Assembly (NCBI RefSeq): GCF_001949145.1
Contig: NW_019091357.1
Coordinates: 4,364,228 to 4,428,227 of the forward strand
Source: Acanthaster planci
Taxonomy: Eukaryota
Direction: 5' to 3'
DNA length: 64,000 nt
The notes under the pieces were generated by a model. It worked only from the letters and a program-made list of their open reading frames with translations, did no database searches and was not told the origin of the DNA. The position numbers and the translations under genes are program-made. Of this stretch, positions 51,501-62,500 are shown one piece after another. Position 1 is the first letter of the stretch, and every line of letters starts with the position of its first letter.

Positions 51501-54500
51501 AGCAAGGCCAGAGCGGAGATGCCACGCGCCCATTGTAGGCCGTGCATAGTAATGGGCACAAAAGGGTGGGACAGACCATTCTCAAGTGCAGGGGGGTTGG
51601 GTGGACATTTTTTTTGGAGGGATTTATGCACATCATTTCTGTATACTGTTAATACTTTGTATATGTAGTTAGCAGTTGGGTGTCGAGTGTGTTTGTAAAT
51701 GGTTGATTTTACCTTGTACGTTTAAGTGGGAGTGGATTAACATGCAGTTAATAGTTAATTTTGGAATAAGGGTAGGAATTTACATTTAATTTGAAAAACG
51801 TTTACAAAAACTTTCCCATACCATTCAGTCAGTACTGTACAGAGGCTGCAGCTGCCTACCTTGGTGTTTTCATATATGCAGAATTATATAGTTTTATTCA
51901 ACAATAAACATGGTCCAATCTTTGTAAAAAATTGTAGACTGATGTTGGGGCACTTAAACCAAGCAATGTTTATTGATAGTTTTAGAATCCACTTTTGTCT
52001 TAGAAAGTACATGAATGCCGAAAGGGAAAAACTCAGAATATAAGAGGGATTGTTTACAATAAAAATGAACTCCAGATTGCATTAATCAAAATGTCAAACC
52101 TCTATAAGGGGCGGTTCCGTTTAAACGTTTGGAAAAATCTTTAAACGGATTTGGAACTTTTTTTTTGTTTAAAGGTGTTAACGTCCTACCCTTATTTGGG
52201 AATGACTTCTTCAGGTAAAATGGAATTTGGGAAAGGAACCAGTTGAATGTATCGAAGTTTGTCTTGTGAGCCTCAAATCTATGATAATTCTCATTCGGTG
52301 ACACAAGAGAATTCCTGGAAATGATCTGGGGGTTAAAGTATCCTGCCACGTCATGACAGAATTTGTGCATAACCGTTGGACTGATTATTTTTTAAAAATC
52401 AAAAAGGTTCACATTTTGGATGCATACAACACGTGCACATGCTGGCTTGAAGAAATCTTCCACAGGAAGTATTTTTTTTTTATCGAGGAAGAGGATGTTG
52501 AATATCGTGGATGTTGTTTTGCTCTCTCTCTCTAAACTGATAAAAATCTGGTATCAACACATAAAATATAATTTTCCTGTCTTTAAAGATATTCCCCTTG
52601 CTTTCCATAAACCAAGAACAGCACCCTGGTTTTGTTCCTCCGCCAGCAAGTTCCATCTTTGTGTGTTACGAGCATCACTCCTGACTTGGTTTCCCACTCC
52701 CTGAACAATAAAAAATATTACCATGGGGGGGGGAACGAGCATGGCCCTTCCGAAAGAGAAACCACCCAGAAACACAATAAAATCCCCTTACCTCGAGAAG
52801 AAATTTCAGCCATCCTATAAAAAGATTAAAATGTAATTATGTCCCCATACTTGGGGCAACTACTGTCTAACTGCAGGGCTTTGTTCCTGTGGGAATTGTA
52901 GTGGCATCAATTGACATTCAGTACAACTGCAATTCCCTGCTCCGACCCACATAAGACTTGCATGTGTGTACAATGTAGGTCTATATCTTGTCGTCGGTCA
53001 CATCTGTGAATACTCCAAGTATCAGAAGGCCATACAAACTGATAAATCATTTAGGTACAGTACATACTGACGTGGGAGGAGCAAAGGGGAAACTGATACG
53101 GTTTCTTAGAAATCCAAATTAACCCGAGGTTTGAGGATGCAGACTTTTCGTTAGAATTTACACTGTTAATGTGTTGTGTGCTCCGGGTACATCATTTCTA
53201 CATGTACCCGCACTGTCAGATCGTAGAAACTCTTGAACGAACTCCTTTAAATTACTGATGTCCTCCGTCAAGTGTGCAGTTATTTCTGTCGCCAGCCCCG
53301 GCAGACGACTTGACATTTTGGCTTGTCCAGTGCTAAAAAAAAAAACCAAAGAAATAAAAGTGAACATGACATTCGGCAAGGACCCAGAACCTGTACATAC
53401 ATGTGCATTGTGCAGCATGATGAATAACTGGAAAAAGTGGAGTGGTCACACAGTTGGCGTTATCACAGAGCTGCTGTCAGCAATGCCAACTGTCCATATT
53501 GGAGGCGTAACAACTTGCTAGCCTCTGCACGCCCTTGCTCGCATGTTGTACATGTATAGTTCAATGAACAGAGTACATGCGCTGTAGCTACAGTAGTATT
53601 TGCAGACACACAGAAAAATGTCTGTAGTTATTGAAAATTGCACAAGACAAAGTCTGTCCTCAGACAGAGGAGGCTATGTCAGGGAGGGGATCGGGGATGT
53701 AAGTAACAGTTGCATTTGTTCGAGCACTTTGATTGGTACAGCCAACTTGAGCAATTCACTTAGTGTAGCCAACTTTGAAAAGGAGCAGTTAATGTATGAT
53801 TCATTTGGTACTTGTTTGTTATAAAAAGGGTACTTACCCTGCACACGTATGTGAAGGTGATTACCTTTTCAATTCTGTCTTGAAAAGAAAAAAATAACAT
53901 GTACATGTACTCAGTAGTGCAGTAGGAAACTCTCTAGGTTAGGATGTACATGACCAACAACTTGTGTTGTTGTTTGCCTTGATATGTGTTATGAATGTAC
54001 ATTTAGCATAAGATCCATGCCCTAACCAAAAACAAAGTTATGATCTTGATAAGAAATACTGGAATTTTTAATCATGGCTCCCCAAACCCACATTTCAATT
54101 TTTTTTTCCCCTCTCCCACAGCAATGACACGCACCATAAGATACTCCAAGATAATTAAAAGGATTGGACTTTTGCTTTCCCCCCATTGAACTATCGCACT
54201 GCACTACGTCCCCTGCCTAATGATTGATTGTTTTCTGCATTGTTCACCCACTTGACAAAGTGCCTTCGTGTGCAGTCATGTTTTATTTAGAGTGAAGCGT
54301 ACATGTACATGCAGCGTCTTAAACATACGTTGTCCGTGTCTGTACACTGTACAGTATGTTTACATGTATGCCTCATTAACATTGGACACTTGTGTGGAGG
54401 GGCAACTATGCCAGGCTTATGGAGAGAGGAATATGCCAGGTTTATTTATACACTGACGAATGTAAAGCAGTAGATTTGAAAGAGGAGAGAAACAGTTAAA

Positions 54501-57500
54501 AAAGGAAGTACATTTGCTTGCATCTGTAGCCAAAACACAGGATTAGATGCAAAAAGCACTGCTGTACATAACTTGGTCATTTCAGGCCGTTCGGTTTTGA
54601 GTTGCAAGTTAAAGCCTGTTATGTTTGCCTAGAAGCTTAGGTAGATGTCTTAAAACCATTTTTTGTTTCCCCTGCCAGCTGATGGTGGGGCCTGGTGCCA
54701 ATGATGTGGCCCAACAGCTGAGCTGGCAGGTCTACAGCTCTGCAGCAGACCCAGTCTGTCGGGCTTGATTTTGTAGTCCTCGACAGCAAAAAACTTCTCG
54801 GGATCTCTTTCGAAGACTCGTTTGATGCATACAGAGCAGCCACAAAACTTTTATTTGCTGTGTTTTGGGCCGGACGAGAGTGGGAACGAAAAATGCTGAG
54901 GAGAAGCTTTAATTAATGGGAAAAAATGGCTGTCTGTGTTATACCCTTCCCTTGCAGTGGCATCATACCCCTGTGTAAGTTGTAGGGCCGTCATGTGTCC
55001 AACTTCATTTTGCGTCGATTTAAAAAGAAAAGTAACAAGATTGCCACTTTTTTTTTTTTGTTTTTAAACCATCACAGATGTTGCTGTAAACGGCACTGCA
55101 GCAGACGGCCCAGTCAAGGGACGCAGCAGACTCGCCGAACTCCGAGAGGCTGTGACCAAATCCCCCAGCAAAGACCCGGTCAGTCGGGACGTCAGCATCA
55201 TGGTTAGGGTGGGTATCTGAGGATGTGGTGTCCTTGCACTTTGTCTTTCCCTTCGGCTCGCAAGTTCTTCACTTGAAGACATTATTTTAATTATGAAAGA
55301 ATGGTTCAGTTTTTGACAGAAAAAAAATGTCAAATCAAGTTTGGGATTCCCTTGGAGTGTTGACTCCTGAGTCTCTCTGATCTGGTTCAGATTTGACTCT
55401 TCAAAGCTTACCTTCTGAACAAAATGTGAGTTTTTATGAAGCAATGCTAGTTACCTGTAGTTGTACACCAAACGCAATGTGCTCTTTGAAGAAAGTAGGG
55501 GAGGTTTTTTTTATTAAAATGAACCTCATGTAAGAGAACGAAATCAATACTTCACAGGACACTTGTAGTGAAGACTTTAATGTGAACAGATGCCCAAAGA
55601 AATAGTGTGAAGCATTTCTTAACTTCCAAGTAATACCTAGTGGTGACAGGGTATCAAGGCTCTGAAAGACTGATGAACCTCTACACTTTATAGATATGGA
55701 GACCTCATGCTGTAGAAAGGACAACTGTACATCTGTTTCATCCAGACTCAGATGTTGGGTTGATATGATCTGATGAGGTTTCAAGTGAGACGTATTTTGC
55801 TTGTGGGTCTGATATTTTGAAGCCAAGTTTTTGGTCACGACCGATGACCAGTTTTTCTCAAAATACACGTAACTCTTGAGCTGTACCTCGGCATTGGCAA
55901 GACAGCATTTGCAAGTTGCACAAGCGTAGCGAGGGATGCGCAGTTACAGTTTCAGGCTCCCAGCCCCTGCGGCCGACCAGGTACGCACGGTGGCTGCAGT
56001 TACCATGGCATCAAAGGCTTTTACTCCCCCCGCCAGACGGGATGCCATTTGTTCAGTCGGTCGCTGTCTCCCTCTGTGACCCGTCCTCCCCGGGATGGGC
56101 AAAGGTCAGGCAGGGGTTAAGCACCTTCCCCCGAGCTTGCGTTGGATGGCCAGAGGGTAGGGCGCACCTTACGCGTGAACTTCACCACCCTCAGGTTGCC
56201 CCACCGCAGAAGCAGTCTTGGGATGTATGCCTCGGCTACTGGTTTGTAAAATTAGACTCGGCCTTTCTCAGATGCTTTTCACCAGAGCAGAAATAAATGC
56301 GTTTTTTCCCTACCTCAGAAAACTAGCCCATCTGGCTTGATCTCTCCTCCAGTGAGAGAACAGAACAGAACAGAGCTTGTTTCTATTAGTCTTGCTCCTC
56401 AGACTACTTATTTTTTTTCCAGGAATGATCAACCCGTGAATGTGCGTTAATGAGAAAACAACCAGAAAACTCTTACTCACAATGGCCTTTCAAAAGATAT
56501 TTGGTGGATTTGTTGATGTCTTTTTCATTGTGAAACAGGCAGGTTCTGTATAATCCACACTCCCATGCACAGTCTCAGGGATCACAGCTTGAGTGGACCT
56601 GCACACGTACAGGCCCAAATTTATTTTGCGGTACGCGCTTTGCTTGTGTTAATTTCCCTTGACAGCCTGTAATACCGACATGCCGAGGCCAAGATTGGAG
56701 CAGACAGGCAAGCTTGAAGGCTGGCGGTTTTGAAGAGTCTTCTCGGCTGACTTTTGAGTTTTTGTTTATTTTCCCAACGAAGCTAGGTTGGAGCGGTTTG
56801 CAGCATTGCAGAACCCCCCCCCCAGATGACTGTGGAGGCTGACCCATCGCTTTGGCCATTCTTTATTTGTAAAATCATGGAATGTTCTCCATTAATAGAA
56901 GTTGAACAGTCACTCTGTGTGTGGAATATGCCCACAAGGGCAGAATGTTTTTGTGAGTGCTTGGAGAATCAACTGGTACAGTGTACACGGATTACAGTAT
57001 CAAGTATTGGGTTTAAATCGAGCCTTCCTTGTTTCTTAAGCAGCTCCCCTCTTTTGGTATTTTCCCGTGCAAATTTTCCAAGAGCCTTCCTCTACTCCCA
57101 CAATTTCACTTTAGATTTTTGAGAGACCTCTTTGAAGTGAATGTTACAGTTTGAATTCTTCCTTGATAATTGCATCAGAGACCCCAAGCCTTGTGTTCCC
57201 GATTTTTCTAGATTTTTAGTTGTGGAGAGAGTGATAATGCGACAGTAAATGTGGCAGGGATATGGCTGAGTTGTGGCTCTCGTCTAAGCTGGATCTGTAT
57301 TTAAGCAGGTGCCCCTTTGCCTCACCAATGAAAAGGACCTTTTCCTCTTATTAAACAAGTCTCAGAGATTCAAGTAGAAATCAGTTTGTCAGTCGGACCC
57401 TCCTGTGATGCTTCTAAACAAAACCAAAAAAATTTGTACATCGACATGTTGTGAAACGAACTGTCCAAAGTTAGACATACTTGTGCAGTGTGGCACATAG

Positions 57501-59599
57501 TTCCTTTCTAGTGTGTCACAAACAACTTTTTTAAGAGTTATTCGTTTTTCTACGGACATCAGTTGGTAAACGGATAAGTTACAAAATTGAGCATATTAGT
57601 GGAAGCCTAGTTTGAAGAATTGCATTAGCCTCTTCCACCTCAAGTAATTCAAAGGATTTGAATAAATTTTCCCTAACACTTGACACATGTAAACTGAAGG
57701 TTGTGGTTTGTGAGACCCCCCCTATCCCCACCAAGGTCGTGCATACCAGTGGAGCCCGAAGGAGCTGTGCTTGCCAATGCAGTCATTAACAAGTGTCCTC
57801 CAGAGAGCTGATCGCATATCGCCATGGCAACCCCACTGATCAATGGCGAGAGGATGCGGGGAGGGGAGCGAGCAGCTTGCGATGAGTAATGAGGAGGATC
57901 CATTCTTCCAGGCAGGGGTGGCAGGGGTTGAGGTCTTGGTTTGTGGGGCCCCCTCGTGTCTATCTCTAGAATTTATTTGGCCGGCTGATCCCCCTCTTCA
58001 TGTTTGTGTAGGGATTTGTGCGTTGCCTCGCTCTTTGTACCGTTGTGTGCTTGTTGATTTGACCGTCATGCTTTGGATGTGATGCAAAAGGTCTCTGATG
58101 TGCTGGCATTTTCAAGGGATCAGCGTCCAACCAGATCCGTCTTGCGCCTTGTGTGATGAGAAAATTCAATATGTACTGGACTTGTTTATCACTTGGTCAC
58201 AACATGGTCAGAGAGTATTCAGTGGTTGAAAAAAAGGCATGGTGCCAACAATTCTTACAAATACAAGTAAATGTTTCAATCAAATTGAGAAACACTACAA
58301 TGCGCTGTACTACTGGCATTTCAGATACATGTACCTAAATTTTAAAAGTTTGGCCGACTCTGAGGATGTCAAGATTCCACACTTGCTGTTGAATTGTTAA
58401 AATTTCGCAGATTAAAACATGTATTGATACCAAGTTAAGTTCAGTGATCCCTGGGCTTGATATGAAACTCTGGATGGCATATGCACAGGAACAAGTCTGG
58501 TGGTTTTATCATTGGTCATCAAAGTCCTGTCTCTGACTGAACTTGACATGTGCTCTGTGGGGGGGGTCAGTAGTATTTACAACATGTTACTTTCCACATC
58601 AGGCCCCTTTCAATGAAGTGAAAACTTCATCTTTGCGACCTGTTTATCTTTGTGGCATCAAGTTAGTTTGAAAGCCGTCACCTGTTTTCATGCAGCTTGT
58701 TGTCATACGAGTGCAGAACGCGTTACTTGAACCTGACTGGCAAAATTTTTTGATGCACTTTGCAAATTTATTGGCAGTAGCATAGAAATGTGAAGATGTT
58801 CCCGGTGCATTGTTGCCGTCGATCCAAGCTCTGTCCTCGTTGATCAGTGGCGCCAACAGAGTGTTGGAGCAAAGACAATTACTGTCGGTAAATGGGAGTT
58901 TTGAATTTAACAATGTACATGGTGGCCCCTCCCATCTGTTCGGCGCTGCGGCAGACAGACCGGTGCCAGTCAAGTAAATGTTGCCGAGGTGGTATAATGA
59001 AGTATCTTTTGTCTGCGTCATTCTTCACCCCTCCTTGTTCTGGGCACACCAAATTGATCTCGCTCACAGTTCGCTGCTGGAATTGCGGCACAGTCAAGGC
59101 CTTTGAATAATGACCACAGAATGCATAATTTACCATGTCATTTGGAAAGGGAGAAGAAGGGCATTCTCCTGATGACAATGGAAAGGTTTAATGACTCCAT
59201 TGAGGATGGATTAGTGCGCAGTTCACCAAATTTAAACTGAAAAATTTAACACGGAGGAGAGGATATATTTTTAACTCTTCTCTGTTTAAAGTTGTCTTAC
59301 ATGTGTATTGGACTTGACAGTTGAAACAGCCATAAATCTTCGTAGGCATTTGATAGAAAAATTACAAATGATTTGCACCTCATTTTTCTTTGTTATACTA
59401 TCTCACTGTTGTGAACCCTTGAAGTAAACAGAAATTGAGTTTTGTGTGATACACCAATTACTATTGTAAAGGTCTCTGTGTATTTGAACCAACTTGTTTG
59501 TATTTGTGTTTTTTCTTTTTCCTTCTGGCTTTTGGTCATTGTAGGAGGCAACAGAGAATGAAGATAGGCCTAGAAGAACAAGGGCAACAGGACCCGCAG
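18569..59599 (+). CDS. MYT1: Putative MYT1/MYT1L/ST18-family transcription factor, 5' part only; join(18569-18586,26102-26242,37030-37099,55078-55178,59545-59599), continuing beyond the window
   Basis: Five small exons with good splice sites join in one frame (phases 0,0,1,0,1). The last encodes TENEDRPRRTR, resembling the recalled human MYT1 N-terminus LENEDKRARTR. Position downstream of EIPR1 matches human MYT1L. No CCHHC finger in window. Confidence 0.6.
20580..20788 (+). promoter_or_regulatory. Candidate alternative promoter and non-coding first exon
   Basis: NRF1-like GCATGCGCA at 20588, CpG-rich surroundings, donor CAG|GTGGGT at 20788. Confidence 0.45.
25135..25228. repeat. Small palindromic element
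   Basis: Arms GCCTGCAGTGTAGGGGTCC and GGACCCCCGTCACTGCAGGC. Confidence 0.55.
25298..25341. repeat. AT-rich minisatellite (ATCTATAATATAAT-type units)
   Basis: Directly visible tandem repeats. Confidence 0.75.
26102..26242 (+). CDS. Myt1-like exon B (IEGHRFLVMNGEDSTRLRG...SPRRSLRTKSGSPVILRK)
   Basis: Polypyrimidine TGCAG acceptor, AAG|GTAGGT donor, 141 nt, phase 0/0, internal ATG at 26126. Confidence 0.7.
27523..28390. mobile_element. Degenerate non-autonomous DNA transposon
   Basis: Approximate inverted ends TAGGACC...AAAAAATAGTTCTGCTTT and AAGCAGCAGAATTGTTTCTTGGCTTTA, with subterminal GGGTCAGTAGG/GGGTTGGTTGG motifs. Confidence 0.4.
28450..28706. mobile_element. PIF/Harbinger-like MITE
   Basis: TIR GGGTCATTCTATAAATTTGGGGTCCAA vs TTGGACCCCAAATTTAAAGAATGACCC, extending imperfectly to about 55 bp. 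TAA/ATA flanks. Confidence 0.75.
31500..32495. mobile_element. hAT-like non-autonomous element (~1 kb)
   Basis: Perfect 13 bp TIR AGTGAGCGATTTC/GAAATCGCTCACT, with subterminal ATAGCA/ATCGCA repeats. Confidence 0.7.
35319..35507 (+). CDS. Candidate alternative first exon of the Myt1-like gene encoding a zinc-finger-like motif (FPCGHCHRTFRRSQDNRRHAC)
   Basis: CpG-rich island with in-frame ATGs at 35319, 35352 and 35478. Strong donor CGG|GTAAGC in phase 0 matches exon at 37030. Confidence 0.5.
37030..37099 (+). CDS. Myt1-like exon C (ATDEHPENRSPRRQAIHLTSEHT)
   Basis: Long polypyrimidine TGCAG acceptor, CAG|GTAACT donor, 70 nt, phase 0/1. Confidence 0.72.
39773..41522. mobile_element. hAT-like non-autonomous element containing a nested MITE
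   Basis: Ends CAGTGTTCTC/GAGAACTCTG and subterminal TAGCAGGGCGG/CCGCCCTGCTA inverted pair. Confidence 0.55.
40055..40251. mobile_element. hAT-like MITE
   Basis: 20 bp TIR CAGTGTTTTAGTCGAGACCA/TGGTCTCGACTACAACACTG, with CACAAGACC subrepeats. TGGTTCGG lies immediately left and 7 bp beyond the right end. Confidence 0.8.
42690..42965. repeat. Diverged tandem repeat, about 3 units of about 93 bp
   Basis: TTCAGATRAAA at about 42746, 42838 and 42933, each followed by TGTATTCCA. Confidence 0.7.
43406..44578. mobile_element. hAT-like non-autonomous element (~1.2 kb)
   Basis: TIR CAGGGCTCGCA vs TGCGAGCCCGG (1 mismatch), with subterminal GTTGCCC/GTTGTCC repeats at both ends. Confidence 0.65.
46165..46371 (-). 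mobile_element. tRNA-derived SINE, copy 3 (diverged)
   Basis: AATCAGGTAGGGA, AAACCCAA and B-box-like GGTTCAATTCCC (minus strand) are colinear with copies 1 and 2. Confidence 0.7.
47140..47416 (+). promoter_or_regulatory. Candidate internal promoter and alternative first exon (coding MHVDDFGK, 47392-47416)
   Basis: CCAAT at about 47143, CpG cluster with TGACGT and ATGCGCGCCGG, donor AAG|GTAGGC in phase 1 matching exon at 55078. Confidence 0.5.
55078..55178 (+). CDS. Myt1-like exon D (DVAVNGTAADGPVKGRSRLAELREAVTKSPSKDP)
   Basis: T-rich tract with CACAG acceptor, phase 1 start. In-frame donors at 55178, 55202 and 55208. Confidence 0.7.
59545..59599 (+). CDS. MYT1: Myt1-like exon E (EATENEDRPRRTRATGPA)
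   Basis: Polypyrimidine GTAG acceptor, CAG|GTGAGA donor, 55 nt, phase 0/1. Resembles the vertebrate MYT1/MYT1L N-terminal ENEDKRARTR/EEKRHRTR motif (recalled). Confidence 0.68.
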
Positions 59600-62500
59600 G
59601 TGAGACAGTCTGTTCCTTATGCCAATAAAGGCTCGTTGATGCACTGCTCAAAAGTGAATATCAACAGAATTTTGTAAGGTCCGATCAAATATTCGCGCCA
59701 CGATTTTGCAAAAGTTAAATGCATTTCAGCTGGAGTATATTTTGCCCAAAAAGGTTTTCTGATGTCGAAATTCGCTTTGCTTTTGCATTCTTGGCCTGAA
59801 GCCTTCAACCGGTCTTACGTGAGGGGGCTCTGTTACTCGGCAGTGACATGCCCGAGGGCTGACGCACAGCACACAGCGCATGCTTGTTTGTGCTTATTTG
59901 ACGCGGGGCAGTCCATGCGTGTAGGATTGCAAATGGGCAGGTTTGCCGTGTGCGCTCGGAGTGCCACGTGTGGGGCAGGGTGCCAGTGGCACTCCGATGC
60001 CTGCCTCGCCTTACCCTTTGTCACCGGTGAGGGACTACTAACATACGGAGCCCACACGACCCTCAGTCTTACAGTTGCGAGTCTGAGAGTGTGCCAGTAA
60101 CCACGGAACGTTCCTGTCCTTCCTGAGATTTGCATCGGTTTGTTGGGTACATGTTCATGTCTTTGCCATGTTTATGTATTTGTTTCTCAAAATTGTCAAG
60201 CTTCACTGCGTGGTTTATTTCAGAAAACTGGGTGACCTGGTCACTAGACACAGTCAAATCCACAATTTCATAGTGCCAACATTTTTGTAAAAGTTTTAAA
60301 AAATCTTGGAGTGAGATACTCAAAAGGATGGTCAGGAAGGTGTAACATATTTCCTAGGCCCATTTTCATAGCACTGCACGAAAGTTGTGTTTACAATAGT
60401 AGAAACAATATTGCCTTAGATGGTCTGTATATCACAGCATTGATATGCTGACTGTTGTGCCTGCTTGGAAATTTGTATGGTTACGTCACTGATTTAAGCA
60501 ACATTTTCCTCTGAGGTTAAGCAAGTTTTTGCTGTGCTTACTGCTTGGTGGTCTCCAAGGAATAGATGGAGGCTCTGTTAGCACTGCAGTGGCTTTTAAG
60601 CAGCTGTCTGAATTTATTTCCGAGACTTATAACACTGTGCCTGTTAATTTTTGGAGGTTAAAAAAAGATCTGCTTTCCTTTTTTGCTTACATTTACTGTG
60701 CTCAATGGAGTCTTTGTGTTTGGCAAACACATTCTCACAGACACAGGGAAAAAAAATCAAATGGAAAGAACAAACCTGACAGTGCCGACCAATCTTCAAT
60801 ATTTACGGCATACATCTGTTTTTGCTCCCCCCCTTCATCAATCAGGTGTCCATTAGCAGACCCAATTCATTTTTTCCCCCTCGCTTTCTTGTTTTGCAGC
60901 AGGTGTCATTATATTCCAATCGGAGCAAAAGCGACCTCTTGGTCATTGCAGAGTGCTTTTTATTCTCTTATCGCCATCACAATTAATCTTATCTCCCATT
61001 TCTTAGATGTGCGTAACTTTTGGCCGTGTAATTGCTTCAGATGGATTTCTGGTATTTCTCTGTGCGTGTGTACTGGCGTGTCATACATATAGTGTGGACC
61101 TCTGCACAAAAGAAGTCCACATAATGTAGGGTATGATGGCGTTGTGTGGACTCGCACACCTTCACACAATGTTTTCCCCTCCCTGAAAAATCAGTTTTGG
61201 AGGCATTTTGGGGTCAAGGTTATCTTTGGCAAAATGAGGAGGAACAATCCAGGAAATCGTCACAAAAAAATCCAGCTGGAAGGAGTTATCCCAGTGGGAG
61301 AAAAAGGAGCATTTACCTTAACCACAGGAGAACAAGGGCATGTCCACACTTCGTATGTAAAACAAGTGTAGGTGTGTGTGTGCGAGCGTCTGGGTTTGCG
61401 TGCGTGGGAATGAGTGAAATTACTTTGGGGGTTAAATTGGTTTTCTCAATGCCAAAACACACCCTGTGCAGTGAAGTCCCCAGATAACCCACGTTATCAT
61501 GTCAATTTGACGGCTTGCTGCATGCACGACCCCTAGAACTACTGTACATGTACACTGCTCTTCCTGTTCGCCCACAGAAGCCCAGACATGTATGTAAATA
61601 TTTAATGGCTGTTCACAAAGTTGGTCTTTTCACATTCATTCGAACGCCTGACTGTAGGGGAACGGTAATGAAGGCCTTTGCCGTTATGTACATCTCATTA
61701 ACTTGATTACTACCAGATATTCCCTGTCAGTGTTAAAAACATGCTGCCATTGAGGTGGTGAAATTGGACTCGTCAAACTTTCCCATGTGAATGCATCCAT
61801 ATGACATTCACAGAGATCATTATAGGATTGAATGAATAGATTTTTATGTAAGCAAAAGATTTCAACCGTTACCTGTGATGGAAAAGTTAGTTACATGTTG
61901 CATCCTTCCCAAATGCCAAGTATACATAACGTGTGCATGTATGTCATTTCTTGTACTTGACTGTGTCATGAGGAATCGGGAAAACTTATCACATTTGTCT
62001 CACGTTTTTCCCCAATGTCTTTCACAGATCCAGTCCCGGAACATATGGGGTAAGTTGGACTTGAAAACTTCATTTTCTCTTTGTGTACTTCTCCACTTTT
62101 AAGGGGGGAAATGTTATAACAATCACTTAAAATTGAATCCTTAAAAGCATCCGCACCTACCAGGCAGGACGTTGGTTGAAACCAAGCAATGAGTACTAAG
62201 AGTAATTTTATATTTAAACAGTCAGAAACTGCTCAAGCTCATTCAAATCAATGTACTCTATGGTCGTTCTGTGTTGTAATCTTTGGAGGTCAAGACTATG
62301 TTGAGAGTAGGATTTTTTCCCTCTGGATTCTAAAATAAATGTGAGTTCCGTACGTGCAATGCAGGTGATATTTGTATTTGGAGGACATGTCTAATGTTTC
62401 AGTCAAGGAGGTACTTAAATATGCCAGTGTTTCTCGTGTGCATATTTGCACAGAGAGAGAGAAGAGATGACATTACACCTCGGAAAGTTACATGTACGTA

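Noticed and set aside
52105..52849. Possible Harbinger-like element with TAAGGGG...CCCCATA ends
   Set aside because: TIR match too short and degenerate to call
60529..61092. 187 aa ORF
   Set aside because: Non-ATG start, no homology or CCHHC motif, and it overlaps enhancer-like non-coding sequence
22950..61410. Scattered Su(H)/RBPJ GTGGGAA sites as a Notch-response cluster
   Set aside because: The number seen is about what a 7-mer gives by chance in 64 kb, and no paired site was found
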